DNA of 64,000 bases. Origin: an uncultured Candidatus Saccharibacteria bacterium (lineage in GTDB: Bacteria > Patescibacteriota > Minisyncoccia > Phycocordibacterales > PALSA-1337). Under the pieces are notes generated by a model that saw only the letters and a program-made list of their open reading frames with translations, searched no databases and was not told the DNA's origin. The position numbers were made by a program, and so were the translations under genes. Of this stretch, positions 29,722 through 39,848 are shown one piece after another (position 1 is the stretch's first letter; the number at the start of each line of letters is the position of its first letter). The stretch is taken from the NCBI GenBank assembly GCA_964406895.1, contig CAYOTK010000006.1, forward strand, positions 557 through 64,556, read 5' to 3'.

Positions 29722-30459
29722 TTGTCTACAGATGGCCGCAAGCCCATACTCCGAAAAGAGGCATTTGACATTATGACGCTACCTGAAATGTTGGACGCGA
29801 TTCCGCCCGAGTGGTTGGAGCGGTACGAGAAGACTCGAAAGGTCAAGCCGTACGAACTCCTCGCGGAGTACAAGAAGGTTGAGGGAAAAAACTACGGACT
29901 GAGAATGGTGTTCAAATTTTTGATTGGACTGGTATCAGCAGTATCGGTTTGCCTCCTCTTTCAACACAACAAATTGCATGATGAAAGGTCTGGCACAGAG
30001 ATAGTCAACCTGGCCCTCGTGCTGTTTATTGGTCTTCCCATTTGGTGGTGGATGAACCGCAGCGCCAGCAAGGAAGTTGCTCGATTGGAGTTGATCCACC
30101 AACTGGATAAAATCGGCGACGACATTCAGGCCTTGATCGACCTCGTCGGTGGTGAGAGGTGGTTAAACGATCATGGGATCAAGGGGGCCATGATCCGACT
30201 AGCCGGAGAAGCCGTCACGCAGGAAAAATTTATAGTAAAAATCGCCAAAAAAGTTGGGGACGGTGATCTCGAACTCGTCTACAAAATTCAAACTTGCATA
30301 GGCAATCTCAATTCGAAGGAGAAGGCCTACGAGAGAGCGATCAACCTGATCTGCTGTTTCGTTAATCCACCTTACGATTTCGAAAGGGCAAAAGAGTTGG
30401 CAAGAGAAGCCCTGCAGATCGGCGAACCCGACATCGCCGAAGAACAACCTCTCACCTGA
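29722..30459 (+). CDS. hypothetical protein with 2 TM helices
   Basis: 245-aa ORF with its own TTGACA promoter (~29638) and terminator; start uncertain. Confidence 0.65.
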   Translation: MSTDGRKPILRKEAFDIMTLPEMLDAIPPEWLERYEKTRKVKPYELLAEYKKVEGKNYGLRMVFKFLIGLVSAVSVCLLFQHNKLHDERSGTEIVNLALVLFIGLPIWWWMNRSASKEVARLELIHQLDKIGDDIQALIDLVGGERWLNDHGIKGAMIRLAGEAVTQEKFIVKIAKKVGDGDLELVYKIQTCIGNLNSKEKAYERAINLICCFVNPPYDFERAKELAREALQIGEPDIAEEQPLT

Positions 30460-30484
30460 AAAGGTGCGAGGTAAGAACACAAAC

Positions 30485-30513
30485 CGGGAGGCTCACACCT
30501 CCCGCGTTTTTTT
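30485..30513 (+). terminator. intrinsic terminator
   Basis: CGGGAGG/CCTCCCG stem plus T tract. Confidence 0.7.
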
Positions 30514-30563
30514 ATTTGAAATTATTATTTTTATGAAATTATTACAAAATTATTATAAGAATA

Positions 30564-31763
30564 TCAAATGTTCTTCCTAACAGTTCTTGAACTAAGATAG
30601 AAAAATACAAGACCAACAACAACGACAACACTCGCGCCAAGTAGGGCTACACTGGACCCATAAACTTGCCATACATAACCACCAACAATACCGGCAATCA
30701 TAGAACCAAAACCAATAGAGGCGTTGTAGAGACCATAAGCGGAGCCGCGGTCATATTCTGGGACAGTATGAGCAATGAAAGATCGCTGGGTAGCATCTGT
30801 ACAAGCAGAAAATACGCCCATAATGATGAATGAAAGCGCGAGAGATATTGCCGACGCAGACATGGCAATGGCAATATACGAAATAATAAGTATGACGTAA
30901 CCATATGCCAAAACTCTAGTTATACCAATACGATCACTGGTTTTACCTGCAAGATATGAAAAGCTAGAATAAGACAAACTATACAACATATAGAAAAGCG
31001 GGACTGAAGCAATAACAAGACCAATAGAAGTAGTTTTGAGTAGAAGAACAGCTGATGGCAAACTACCGATAGACAGAACGAAAATAGCGATCAAATAATA
31101 TTTGAATGCTAGAGACGAACGACTGAAATTGTTGAGATTAAATATTTTGGCACCGTGTTCATTCTTCATAGTCACAACTTCTTTGACAAAAAATATTGTT
31201 ACGAAAGAGATGATGCCTAGCACGAAAGCTGTCATGAAAAGCAAAGTCCAATTGTTGGGAGCCCGAGTAAGGATAATATATGCAACCAATGGACCCAGAA
31301 TACCACCTATAGTATCCATAGTTCTGTGATACCCGAAGGAGCGACCCATTTCATTTTCGGGAGAAGAAACAGAGATAATGACATCTCTAGGCGCTTCACG
31401 AACACCCTTACCTACCCTGTCCAAAATCCTAAGACCCAAAACTCCAGATACACTACTGGCCAAAATATAAAAAGGTCTTACAGTTACAGATAATCCATAC
31501 CCTAGGAATATAAAAGGCCTTCTTTTGGCCAACTTGTCAGAAAGTCTACCTGAATAAATCTTCAAGATATTAGATGCGCCATCCGCAATACCCTCAACAA
31601 GTCCCAAAGAAGCAGCGCCTGATTTCAATACCGAGGTAAAAAAAGCGGGAAAGGAAGATAGGATTATTTCATTGGAAAAGTCATTGAAGAAACTAGTGAG
31701 ACCGAGAATGAATATGTTTTTTTCTAGTCCAAATATTTTCTTTTTGCCGTCTTGCATAAGCAT
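30564..31763 (-). CDS. MFS transporter
   Basis: G.LSD...RR motif A, DRVGKG.R..PRD; ~12 TM helices. Confidence 0.92.
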   Translation of the reverse strand: MLMQDGKKKIFGLEKNIFILGLTSFFNDFSNEIILSSFPAFFTSVLKSGAASLGLVEGIADGASNILKIYSGRLSDKLAKRRPFIFLGYGLSVTVRPFYILASSVSGVLGLRILDRVGKGVREAPRDVIISVSSPENEMGRSFGYHRTMDTIGGILGPLVAYIILTRAPNNWTLLFMTAFVLGIISFVTIFFVKEVVTMKNEHGAKIFNLNNFSRSSLAFKYYLIAIFVLSIGSLPSAVLLLKTTSIGLVIASVPLFYMLYSLSYSSFSYLAGKTSDRIGITRVLAYGYVILIISYIAIAMSASAISLALSFIIMGVFSACTDATQRSFIAHTVPEYDRGSAYGLYNASIGFGSMIAGIVGGYVWQVYGSSVALLGASVVVVVGLVFFYLSSRTVRKNI

Positions 31764-31765
31764 GA

Positions 31766-33496
31766 TTATAACACGCCGTATTTGCTGAGTCCTGTCAGAG
31801 CGCGAACAAGCTTGATCTCAGCATAAGAATAATTCGGGCCCAGTCTATCTTTGACTGGAAAAAGTAGTATTTTACCCTTCTCGTCATATATCTCTTGCAA
31901 AATAGATTTGATCTTCGCGAAATGAGCGTGACTTATCTCTGATTTCAAATATTTGATATCGACATTATAACCATCATGAACCAACTGATCTATATGACTT
32001 ATTATTGTTTCTCTATTCAATTTTCTTGCTTTTGCTATTTCTTCCAAGCTTTTCTTGTCCTGAATAAGAAGCGCCGTCTTCTCGTATGTGTTTATCTTTT
32101 TCTTTTTTTCTTTCTTAATCTTGGGTGATATTTTATATAGCGTTTCTCTTATTTCGAAGCTGTGTAATGGAGCAATTTTTGCTAAGAATTGTTTCTGAAC
32201 TCTAGATATTTCTTCACGGCCAATATTCTTGAGTCGTTGTTCAGCCATATCTGATTGTTTCCTCAATAATATATCGTGTTCGAGAATATCAGGATGAACC
32301 TTGAGAGCGTGTTCATTCAGGCCTAGAATTTTGAGGCCATTGAAATTGCGCACGCGAGACAATGCTACATAACCCATTCCAAGTTCAAATGATTTCGACA
32401 AGTCAACTTCGACCGCATCTAGACTCATTCCTTGGCTCTTATGAACTGTTATGGCCCAAGCCAATCGCAACGGATACTGATTGATCTCTGCAATGATCCT
32501 ACCGTTGTCTTCTATTACCCAACTCGCTCGCTCTATTCTGATTTGTTCGCCTTTGGCATTTTGTATTACTGGATCTATTCCCCATCCGCAACTAACAACC
32601 ACACCGAGTGTGCCGTTCACATAACCTTTATCAAAATTGTTCTTAACACACATTACTCTCGCGCCTTTTTTCAATCTGAGATTTTGAGGAGCCAAGCAGG
32701 TTTTCTTCAGCGTTTCTACTATGGCCTTTTTGCCTTTCGATGTCATTTCGTAAACTGCGTAATTGCCTTCTATCTTGTCTATTTCTTGATCGTTGATACC
32801 ATCTACATCTGCATTATGAGTATATAAAGATGTTGGTTGCACTGAATCATCAATTTTTGCGTTAAATCTTGTTTGTATTTGTCTTAAAGATTCCTCACTC
32901 AGAGATCCGCTACGAATTTCATTCAAAACATGAATAGAAATATCATCCTTTTGTCTGTGTTGTTCGGACAAATAACAAATTACAAAATTAGCTTCTTGCC
33001 ACGCCTTGGATCGATATGCAAAATACGCCTCGGGTTCTCCCGCTCTTCTCACAGGCGGTAATTGGAAAAAATCGCCACATAAAACAATTTGCACACCACC
33101 AAATGGCTTATCTTCACTCATATCTTTGCGTCTTATTTTGCGCATGATCTTGTCGAGTAAATCTAAACGATAATGATGCAACATGGATATTTCATCTATT
33201 ATGAGGACATGCACGCTCTGAACTTTTTTTGTTACGTATTTCTTTTCCAAAAGTTCTTCTAGTTCGTATTCATTCATGTCGTCTTTTACTCCCATTCCTG
33301 ACCATGAATGTATCGTTACACCGCCCATATGAGTAGCTGCAATGCCTGTAGAAGCGGTTATGCCTATTGCTACGTCATGTTCCCTAAGGAATTTGATGTA
33401 TTCATTGACTACGAAGGTTTTGCCACTGCCTGCTGGACCAGTGATAAACACATTCTTACCCATCTTCAATATATCTAATGCGTCTTTTTGAGTCAT
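31766..33496 (-). CDS. Pif1-like SF1B DNA helicase with C-terminal HTH
   Basis: GPAGSGKT, IDEISM, GDFFQLPPV, TVHKSQG and YVALSR motifs; C-terminal EIA..R.L...TI..H. Confidence 0.92.
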   Translation of the reverse strand: MTQKDALDILKMGKNVFITGPAGSGKTFVVNEYIKFLREHDVAIGITASTGIAATHMGGVTIHSWSGMGVKDDMNEYELEELLEKKYVTKKVQSVHVLIIDEISMLHHYRLDLLDKIMRKIRRKDMSEDKPFGGVQIVLCGDFFQLPPVRRAGEPEAYFAYRSKAWQEANFVICYLSEQHRQKDDISIHVLNEIRSGSLSEESLRQIQTRFNAKIDDSVQPTSLYTHNADVDGINDQEIDKIEGNYAVYEMTSKGKKAIVETLKKTCLAPQNLRLKKGARVMCVKNNFDKGYVNGTLGVVVSCGWGIDPVIQNAKGEQIRIERASWVIEDNGRIIAEINQYPLRLAWAITVHKSQGMSLDAVEVDLSKSFELGMGYVALSRVRNFNGLKILGLNEHALKVHPDILEHDILLRKQSDMAEQRLKNIGREEISRVQKQFLAKIAPLHSFEIRETLYKISPKIKKEKKKKINTYEKTALLIQDKKSLEEIAKARKLNRETIISHIDQLVHDGYNVDIKYLKSEISHAHFAKIKSILQEIYDEKGKILLFPVKDRLGPNYSYAEIKLVRALTGLSKYGVL

Positions 33497-33688
33497 GAAT
33501 GAATTCTACACTACTTCATAAGAAGAACACATAACATTTTTCGGATAATGAGAGGATAAACTGAGGATTATGTGTATTGACACCACAAACAATAGGAGTA
33601 ATCTTTCAGTTAGAACAGCATAGCAAAACAAACCCGTTCCGGTTTCAAAACTGGAACAGAAAGGCATCTCGAGAGAGATGAAAAATGT

Positions 33689-34309
33689 ATGAACGACAGA
33701 ACACCTGTTGGCCTAAGATTGATTCTGAATCGACACACCGGTGGTGGGACGGTCGGCGGAAATGTCGGCGGAGGATCCCCGACGGCAATACAGCCGAATC
33801 AATTCGGACTGCCGGATGATTTGGCGAACGCATTACTTCACCCGTTCTGGGATCTCAAGGAAAAAACCAGAGGTCCTTTCGTGGTCGGAGTAGTGGCCGA
33901 CTACGCCACCAGGTTGGTGCGACTGATAAACGCGGAAACGCAGATCGAGTCGGCCGTAAAGGTGGTCCTCGAGCAGTTCAATGGCAAACTTCGGGTGATC
34001 AGTTTTGCCATCGACCTTGAAAAGCACTGCTTCACCAGCATTACGATCAGGGTGGAACTCAACGGCCAGCCCCTGTATCCAGAAGCGCCGAGACCGCCCA
34101 ATCTGAGTGGCGACATCCGGCAAGCGGTTGCCGATGTTCTTCAGCCTCTCGGGATCACGCCACCACACATCATCATTCCGTCCGACTATTCGGAATCGCA
34201 TGAGCCCCAAGAAATCCAGAAGGGTGAACCGACGAGGCTCTCACCCCCTACTCAGCCAAGGGTAGCCGAAGTCGAAGCCGACACAGACGAGAGTGGGACT
34301 CCGAGTTAG
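33689..34309 (+). CDS. hypothetical protein (206 aa, GC-richer than neighbours)
   Basis: ORF flanked by promoter-like TTGACC and terminator CGCGCCAC/GTGGCGCG plus T tract (34360-34389). Confidence 0.6.
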   Translation: MNDRTPVGLRLILNRHTGGGTVGGNVGGGSPTAIQPNQFGLPDDLANALLHPFWDLKEKTRGPFVVGVVADYATRLVRLINAETQIESAVKVVLEQFNGKLRVISFAIDLEKHCFTSITIRVELNGQPLYPEAPRPPNLSGDIRQAVADVLQPLGITPPHIIIPSDYSESHEPQEIQKGEPTRLSPPTQPRVAEVEADTDESGTPS

Positions 34310-34441
34310 ACCATACCCTTTCCCCACAGTTAGCGGCAACTATGCCGACCCAATGCAAACGCGCCACCCCCGTGGCGCGACCTTTTTTTATGCAAACAAA
34401 AAACATATCACCAAAGACAAGGAAAAAATGTGATCAAAATA

Positions 34442-34993
34442 TTATTTGAGATTAGTCCTACTCAAAGGCAAACCGAGATATTCCAAGAAAGCGAGTGTAT
34501 TATCTTTTTTATTTGAACTTGTAACTATAGTAACAGCAAAACCAAAAACATCCTTCAAATCTTCGTCGGAAGTTTCAGCAAATATTGTGTGTTCCTTGAT
34601 ACCGAATGTGAAATTACCCATAGCATCAACAGATTTCCTATTAATACCTCTGAAGTCTTTTGTACGAGGAAGAGCTACGTGTATGAGACGATCTAGGAAT
34701 TCACACATTCTCTTGCCCCTCAATGTGATTTGGTAACCAATAGCGTCACCTGTGCGTGTCTTGAATGTTGCAATGGCTTTCTTTGCAGAACGTACTGCAG
34801 GCTTCTGACCTGTGATCTTAGCTAGTCTATCAGCAATAAGATCAATTTTTCTCTTGTCTTTTATTGAACCGAAACCGTTAGATATAACAACTTTAACAAG
34901 CTTTGGGGCTTGCATTGGATTCTTGATAGAAAGCTTGTCTTTCAAAGCCTTGAATGAATCTCTATTCAATTCGTAAACTGTTTTGTAATTCAT
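34442..34993 (-). CDS. rplE: 50S ribosomal protein L5
   Basis: ITGQKP, TLRG.RM and LPR.KDFRG motifs. Confidence 0.97.
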   Translation of the reverse strand: MNYKTVYELNRDSFKALKDKLSIKNPMQAPKLVKVVISNGFGSIKDKRKIDLIADRLAKITGQKPAVRSAKKAIATFKTRTGDAIGYQITLRGKRMCEFLDRLIHVALPRTKDFRGINRKSVDAMGNFTFGIKEHTIFAETSDEDLKDVFGFAVTIVTSSNKKDNTLAFLEYLGLPLSRTNLK

Positions 34994-34997
34994 GGTA

Positions 34998-35216
34998 TTA
35001 TTTTTGCTTTACTGCATTGGAAACATCGATAGGCATAGCGATATCTACTACTTGACCCTTCTGGCCTTGTTTCCTGGAACGCTCATGTTTCTTCATGACA
35101 TTGATACCTTCAACGACTATTTTGTTGAGAGCAGGAATAGCTTTGACAACCTTGCCCGTTCTGCCTTTGTCATCACCTGAAATTATTTTAACTGTATCGC
35201 CTTTTTTGATATTCAT
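34998..35216 (-). CDS. rplX: 50S ribosomal protein L24 (short, 72 aa)
   Basis: KKGD.V.IISG.DKG.TGKV KOW motif. Confidence 0.95.
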   Translation of the reverse strand: MNIKKGDTVKIISGDDKGRTGKVVKAIPALNKIVVEGINVMKKHERSRKQGQKGQVVDIAMPIDVSNAVKQK

Positions 35217-35220
35217 GGTA

Positions 35221-35592
35221 TTAGACTATTTCCGATGCCTTTGAAGCTATGGTCTTGAATCCGGCCTCTTGTACTTCTCTTGGTATAGGTCCGAATATAC
35301 GTCCTGCAATAGGCTCTTTCTTTAATTTTTCTATAATAACAACTGCATTCTCATCGAATCTGATATATGAACCGTCTTTTCTTCTGATTGGCTTGGTCTG
35401 TCTAACTATTACAGCATGCAAAACGTCTTTTTTCTTGATGGCTTTTCTTGGTTCTGCTTTCTGCACTGATAATACGACTACTTCACCAACTTCTGCGTAT
35501 CTCTTGTGACTTGCTCCAAGCACCTTGAAAATACGACCTATCTTGGCCCCTGAATTATCTGCGATTTTTACGATTGCGCGTGGTTGAAGCAT
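35221..35592 (-). CDS. rplN: 50S ribosomal protein L14
   Basis: ADNSGAK, RFDENAVVII and RIFGP motifs. Confidence 0.98.
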   Translation of the reverse strand: MLQPRAIVKIADNSGAKIGRIFKVLGASHKRYAEVGEVVVLSVQKAEPRKAIKKKDVLHAVIVRQTKPIRRKDGSYIRFDENAVVIIEKLKKEPIAGRIFGPIPREVQEAGFKTIASKASEIV

Positions 35593-35601
35593 GTTGGTAT
35601 A

Positions 35602-35862
35602 TTAAGCGATAACTTTGAATGACTTATTCTTGGACAAAGGTCTGCATGACTCGATCGTTACTTTGTCACCAATCTTCTTGGTATTACCTGGATCGTGAGC
35701 CATAAGTTTTGTCTTTCTATTCATGAATTTGTGGTATTTTGGGTGTTTCTCATAACGAGAAATAACAACAGTAACAGTGTCTTTCATTTTGTCTGAAGAA
35801 ACAACACCAGAGAATATCTGTCGCTTTGATTCATTATTTGTTTGTTTTGTTTCTGTTGTCAT
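35602..35862 (-). CDS. rpsQ: 30S ribosomal protein S17
   Basis: DKMKDT, HPKY and RPLSK motifs. Confidence 0.97.
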   Translation of the reverse strand: MTTETKQTNNESKRQIFSGVVSSDKMKDTVTVVISRYEKHPKYHKFMNRKTKLMAHDPGNTKKIGDKVTIESCRPLSKNKSFKVIA

Positions 35863-35874
35863 GTAACTATTTGA

Positions 35875-36066
35875 TTAGGATTTCTTGGTTGTATTCAAAA
35901 CAGTCAATATACGAGCTATGTCTTTGCGTATTTCTCTGCCCTGTTTCACATTCTTGGTCTTTGATCCAGACGCACCAAATCGAAAAACTCTGAGGGCCTC
36001 TCTTTTCTCTGCAACCATTTTATTCAGGTCTGCGGCTGTTTTGTTTGATATATCTTTTATTTTCAT
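35875..36066 (-). CDS. rpmC: 50S ribosomal protein L29
   Basis: LR.FRF and RKDIARILT motifs; upstream of rpsQ. Confidence 0.93.
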   Translation of the reverse strand: MKIKDISNKTAADLNKMVAEKREALRVFRFGASGSKTKNVKQGREIRKDIARILTVLNTTKKS

Positions 36067-36122
36067 AAAAAATGCTCAATCGAGCTATGCCCCATGCTAA
36101 CAAAGACCATGAATAAAGTCAA
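36067..36122 (-). promoter_or_regulatory. internal promoter plus 5' hairpin for rpmC
   Basis: TTGACT-17-TAGCAT, then AGCTCG-ATT-GAGC. Confidence 0.7.
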
Positions 36123-36125
36123 TTA

Positions 36126-37274
36126 CTATAAGCCATGCCTAGCGTCAAGACGACCCAGGACGTTTTCTCTCAATAAATTGGTTATTTTGTCTGCATCAGA
36201 CTTGGAAACCCCTTGTATCACAACCGCGTTTGATATTTCGAAATTTTTATTACTAGAGAAGTTTGGCACAGAAGTAGCGTTTTCTATTCTAACCTCTGCA
36301 ATTCCGAAAATTTTGCTTATTATATCCTGTTTGATCGTAACATCTTGAATAGTACTATATGGCATATGTTTCTCTGATAAAGAAAGCATACCGCTCCTGA
36401 AATATATATTATCGGACATGAATGAGAATTTGTAATTCTGCTTCCAGAGAAATAAGCCTATAATTCTAGCTGTAGTAGTTAACAATATTATCCCCAAGAA
36501 AACATACAATCCTCCGAAATCACCATTGTTATTGCTGACCAATATGCTTGTAGACACAATCACAGATATGGTCAGGAAACCCGCCAATATTTGGATAAGC
36601 GATATCATAAACCATTTACCAGTCAATGGATAAACATCACTTGATATTTCCTCTGATAAATTTATCTCAATATTCTTGGGTTTTTGTTCATTTGTTGTAG
36701 CTGTAGTATCACTATGCATCGTGGACATGGTTCCGCCCCTACTCACACCCACGACCTTATTTAACAAATAATCTTTAAGACCATTAGCAACATCTATATC
36801 AACCCCATCTATATGAGCAGCTATGCCAGAAGAAAAAGTTGCACTAGCAATATGAACATCACAAAGACCCATCATTCTATCTAGGATATCTTGATCCACA
36901 TAAACATCTTGAATTTTTTGCCATTGAACGTGTATTTCCGCAGGTGCAAAGACCCCCTTCTTAATAGTAAGGAAGTTGTCATCAGCTGAATAGTAATATC
37001 TTTTGATATATTCTCGGACGTATATAATATATGGCAAAATCACTATCAAAAAACCAATAATAAACAGTACTCCCGCCAAAACAAGCAGAAGTGGCACACT
37101 GAATTTCTTGCTTATGAAAATACCGACATAAACAGTCGAAGCGGTTGCCGACAATATAAAACCGAACATGAAAGCACTTATTGCTTTTTCTATGATCTTT
37201 TTCCAAAACTTTTTTGGACTAAGTGGGAAATTCTTTTGTAAATCACTAACTATATTTTGATTATTCATATACAT
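36126..37274 (-). CDS. bacterial PH-domain (bPH_2, YdbS/YdbT-like) membrane protein, two repeats
   Basis: Two copies of I..G.....E....Y/W..IQDV...Q..., each after a TM pair. Confidence 0.8.
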   Translation of the reverse strand: MYMNNQNIVSDLQKNFPLSPKKFWKKIIEKAISAFMFGFILSATASTVYVGIFISKKFSVPLLLVLAGVLFIIGFLIVILPYIIYVREYIKRYYYSADDNFLTIKKGVFAPAEIHVQWQKIQDVYVDQDILDRMMGLCDVHIASATFSSGIAAHIDGVDIDVANGLKDYLLNKVVGVSRGGTMSTMHSDTTATTNEQKPKNIEINLSEEISSDVYPLTGKWFMISLIQILAGFLTISVIVSTSILVSNNNGDFGGLYVFLGIILLTTTARIIGLFLWKQNYKFSFMSDNIYFRSGMLSLSEKHMPYSTIQDVTIKQDIISKIFGIAEVRIENATSVPNFSSNKNFEISNAVVIQGVSKSDADKITNLLRENVLGRLDARHGL

Positions 37275-37282
37275 ATCTTACA

Positions 37283-37314
37283 ACAAAAAAGCAGATTTCG
37301 CTCTGCTTTTTTGT
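37283..37314 (-). terminator. bidirectional terminator after rplP
   Basis: ACAAAAAAGCAGA/TCTGCTTTTTTGT stem. Confidence 0.8.
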
Positions 37315-37333
37315 CACTAAGAGTTTGAGAATA

Positions 37334-37759
37334 TTAAACTCGACTTATTATTTTGGTTTTGACTGGAAGCTTCGTACCAGCTTTTATGAGGGCTTCACTT
37401 GCTGTTTTTGCATCAACACCGTCGATTTCGAACATTATGCGTCCAGGACGAACTTCAGCAACGAAACCTACAGGATCACCTTTTCCTTTACCCATTTTTA
37501 CTTCTGCTGGCTTCTGAGTAAATGGATGATCCGGGAAGACTCTGATCCAGAGTTTGCCTGTCTTAGAAACGTATCTGGTCAATACTTTACGAGAAGCTTC
37601 AATTTGGTTCGATGTTATTCTTGCATAATTGACGGCTTTCAAACCGAAAGACCCGAAAGAGAGTCTTACACCTCTTGTCTCATGCTTGTTGGCCTCCTTT
37701 ACAGGATGCTTACGCTTTGTGAACCACTTGCGATGTTTTACTTTCTTTGGGAATAACAT
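37334..37759 (-). CDS. rplP: 50S ribosomal protein L16
   Basis: QIEASR, WIRVFPD and MGKGKG motifs. Confidence 0.98.
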   Translation of the reverse strand: MLFPKKVKHRKWFTKRKHPVKEANKHETRGVRLSFGSFGLKAVNYARITSNQIEASRKVLTRYVSKTGKLWIRVFPDHPFTQKPAEVKMGKGKGDPVGFVAEVRPGRIMFEIDGVDAKTASEALIKAGTKLPVKTKIISRV

Positions 37760-37773
37760 GATAGTTAATTAAA

Positions 37774-38445
37774 TTATTTCTTTTGATCTTTACTGAAAAT
37801 CTCACCCTTGTATATCCAAACCTTGATACCTATATCTCCATATGTCATATGAGCCTTCTCGCGGGCGAAATCAATATCTGCACGCAATGTTTGCAAAGGT
37901 ATTTGGCCTTTCTTAAGCTCTTCACTGCGAGCAATATCGGCACCACCCAATCTTCCACCAAGTCTAATGCGAATACCCTTGACCTCTTTGTTTGCCATGA
38001 CTTTTTCGATGGTCTGCTTCATGACTCTTCTGAATGGCAATCTCTTTTCGAGTGCTTCTGCTATCATCATTCCTGCAATAGCTGCGTTTGATTCTGGGTT
38101 ACGAACTTCTTCTATGTCTATTTTGAGTTCTTGATTACCAAGACTGATTTTGTTTTTCTTGATAAGAGTCAATACTTTCTCTCTCAGCTTGACTACTCCA
38201 TCCCCCGCCTTACCGATAAGCATACCTGGACGTGAAGTCTTGATCACGACTCTGATTGCTTTTTGGTTTCTTTCAATATCCACGCCACCTACATAGAACG
38301 CTCTTAGCTCTTTCTGCAAGAATTCACGGATCAAAAGATCTGTTTTCAATGCATTTCTGTATGATTTGTCCGTAGCAAACCAGCGACTCTTCCAGTCTCT
38401 GATGATGCCTAGTCTATGTGAATATGGGTGAACTGTATGTGACAT
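37774..38445 (-). CDS. rpsC: 30S ribosomal protein S3
   Basis: RLGI..DWKSRW, GRLGGA.IARSE and PLQTLRADID motifs. Confidence 0.98.
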   Translation of the reverse strand: MSHTVHPYSHRLGIIRDWKSRWFATDKSYRNALKTDLLIREFLQKELRAFYVGGVDIERNQKAIRVVIKTSRPGMLIGKAGDGVVKLREKVLTLIKKNKISLGNQELKIDIEEVRNPESNAAIAGMMIAEALEKRLPFRRVMKQTIEKVMANKEVKGIRIRLGGRLGGADIARSEELKKGQIPLQTLRADIDFAREKAHMTYGDIGIKVWIYKGEIFSKDQKK

Positions 38446-38449
38446 AATA

Positions 38450-38839
38450 TTATTTTTTAATTTTCTTGGTTGATTTTGTGACAGGCTTTGAAGCTTTCTT
38501 TGCTTTTGATTCTGCTGGTGCCAAAACTATACTTATATGACTTGTCTTCTTCTTGATAGGATGTGCAGAACCCCTAGAAACAGGCATGAATCTCTTCATG
38601 ACCAAACCCTGATCAACTCTTATCTCTTTTATGAAAAGTGAATCTTTTTCCATCTTGAAATTGTTGACGGCATTTGCAATAGCGGAATCGATCAAATTTG
38701 AAATTGGATGTCTGCCTGCCTTGAGAGCATTTGCCAACAAGTCCTTTGCAATCAAAACGTTTTTACCTCTTACCATATCTGCTACTAGTCTGGCTTTACG
38801 AGGTGATATTCTGAAGTTTTTTAGAGATGCTGTAATCAT
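38450..38839 (-). CDS. rplV: 50S ribosomal protein L22
   Basis: ISPRKARLVAD and SAIANA motifs. Confidence 0.97.
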   Translation of the reverse strand: MITASLKNFRISPRKARLVADMVRGKNVLIAKDLLANALKAGRHPISNLIDSAIANAVNNFKMEKDSLFIKEIRVDQGLVMKRFMPVSRGSAHPIKKKTSHISIVLAPAESKAKKASKPVTKSTKKIKK

Positions 38840-38844
38840 GGTGG

Positions 38845-39192
38845 TTATTTCTTAGTGGCTGTTGTTGCTGCTTCTTTTGCTGATTTTGCTGCTGCCATTT
38901 CGGCCTCTTTGGCTTTCATTTCGATCTCCTTCTGCATCTTACCACCATGTCTTATAAATTTGCGTGTAGGAGAAAATTCGCCCAAACGATGACCTACCAT
39001 GTCTTCTGTTACGAAAACCTCAACATGTTGTCTGCCGTTGTGAACTCCGAAGGTGAAACCTACCATTTCAGGAGCTATCTGACTTGCTCTTGCCCATGTC
39101 TTAATAACACCACCTGTTCCAGGCTTCTTGCCACCGATTTTTTTCATCAGCTTTTCATCAACGTATGGACCTTTCTTTAGTGAGCGAGCCAT
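38845..39192 (-). CDS. rpsS: 30S ribosomal protein S19 with C-terminal extension
   Basis: [10 protein letters not shown] and [13 protein letters not shown] motifs. Confidence 0.98.
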   Translation of the reverse strand: MARSLKKGPYVDEKLMKKIGGKKPGTGGVIKTWARASQIAPEMVGFTFGVHNGRQHVEVFVTEDMVGHRLGEFSPTRKFIRHGGKMQKEIEMKAKEAEMAAAKSAKEAATTATKK

Positions 39193-39278
39193 TGGTAATT
39201 GGTTATTAGTTCTTGGTAATTAGTAATCTCACAACAATAATATTATCTATATAAATATGTGTTGTTTTTGGAATAAAA

Positions 39279-39330
39279 TAAGCTCTAACGAGCTAAGTAG
39301 CATACTAACAGAGCCGTATTTCGAAGTCAA
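39279..39330 (-). promoter_or_regulatory. internal promoter plus 5' hairpin for rpsS
   Basis: TTGACT-17-TAGTAT, then AGCTCG-TTA-GAGCT. Confidence 0.7.
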
Positions 39331-39372
39331 GGCGTTATTATTGTTCCATCATTGAATATTAGAAAGTTTATG

Positions 39373-39542
39373 AGAAAACTCACGAATTGTATGATTTGAG
39401 GACCATTTCGCAAAGCACCATGTACTATTAGTTTGAATGATCACTCTCAGATGGTGCTGCGAATAGACAGCCCCATCGACTCTTCCCCTATTGTCGATGG
39501 GGCTGATCGTGGTCCTCAAATCATACAATTCGTGAGTTTTCT
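39373..39542. repeat. 170-bp branched palindrome (perfect 33-bp outer arms enclosing two hairpins)
   Basis: 39373-39405 is the reverse complement of 39510-39542; inner GCACCA/TGGTGC and CAGCCCCATCGAC/GTCGATGGGGCTG stems. Confidence 0.9.
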
Positions 39543-39559
39543 TGATTATTTAAGTATAA

Positions 39560-39848
39560 AAATTAGGAGGGGTAATGCGCATTACCCCTCCCCCTGATTG
39601 CAAAAGCTAAGGGACTCAGGCTGTGTCCCGCGCCCATAGATATTGTTAAATGTGCTTTGAAGTTGATCACCGTCCGATACGATAACCAAATCACCTGCAT
39701 TTGGCGCTATGTGTATGTGTAAGCACGTTTGGAACGGAGCATGCTATTTATTACGGAGTTGCAACTTTTCCGTCTTCATTCTGCACGTCGCTCCAAAAAC
39801 ACCGACACATCCACCGTGTCCTTTGGGCCCATGACACAACAGATGATA
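39560..39848 (-). ncRNA. candidate structured ncRNA of unknown class
   Basis: Promoter (TTGATT-16-TATATT with extended TG), multi-stem fold closed by TGTGTC/GACACA, and terminator hairpin 39566-39591. Confidence 0.5.
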
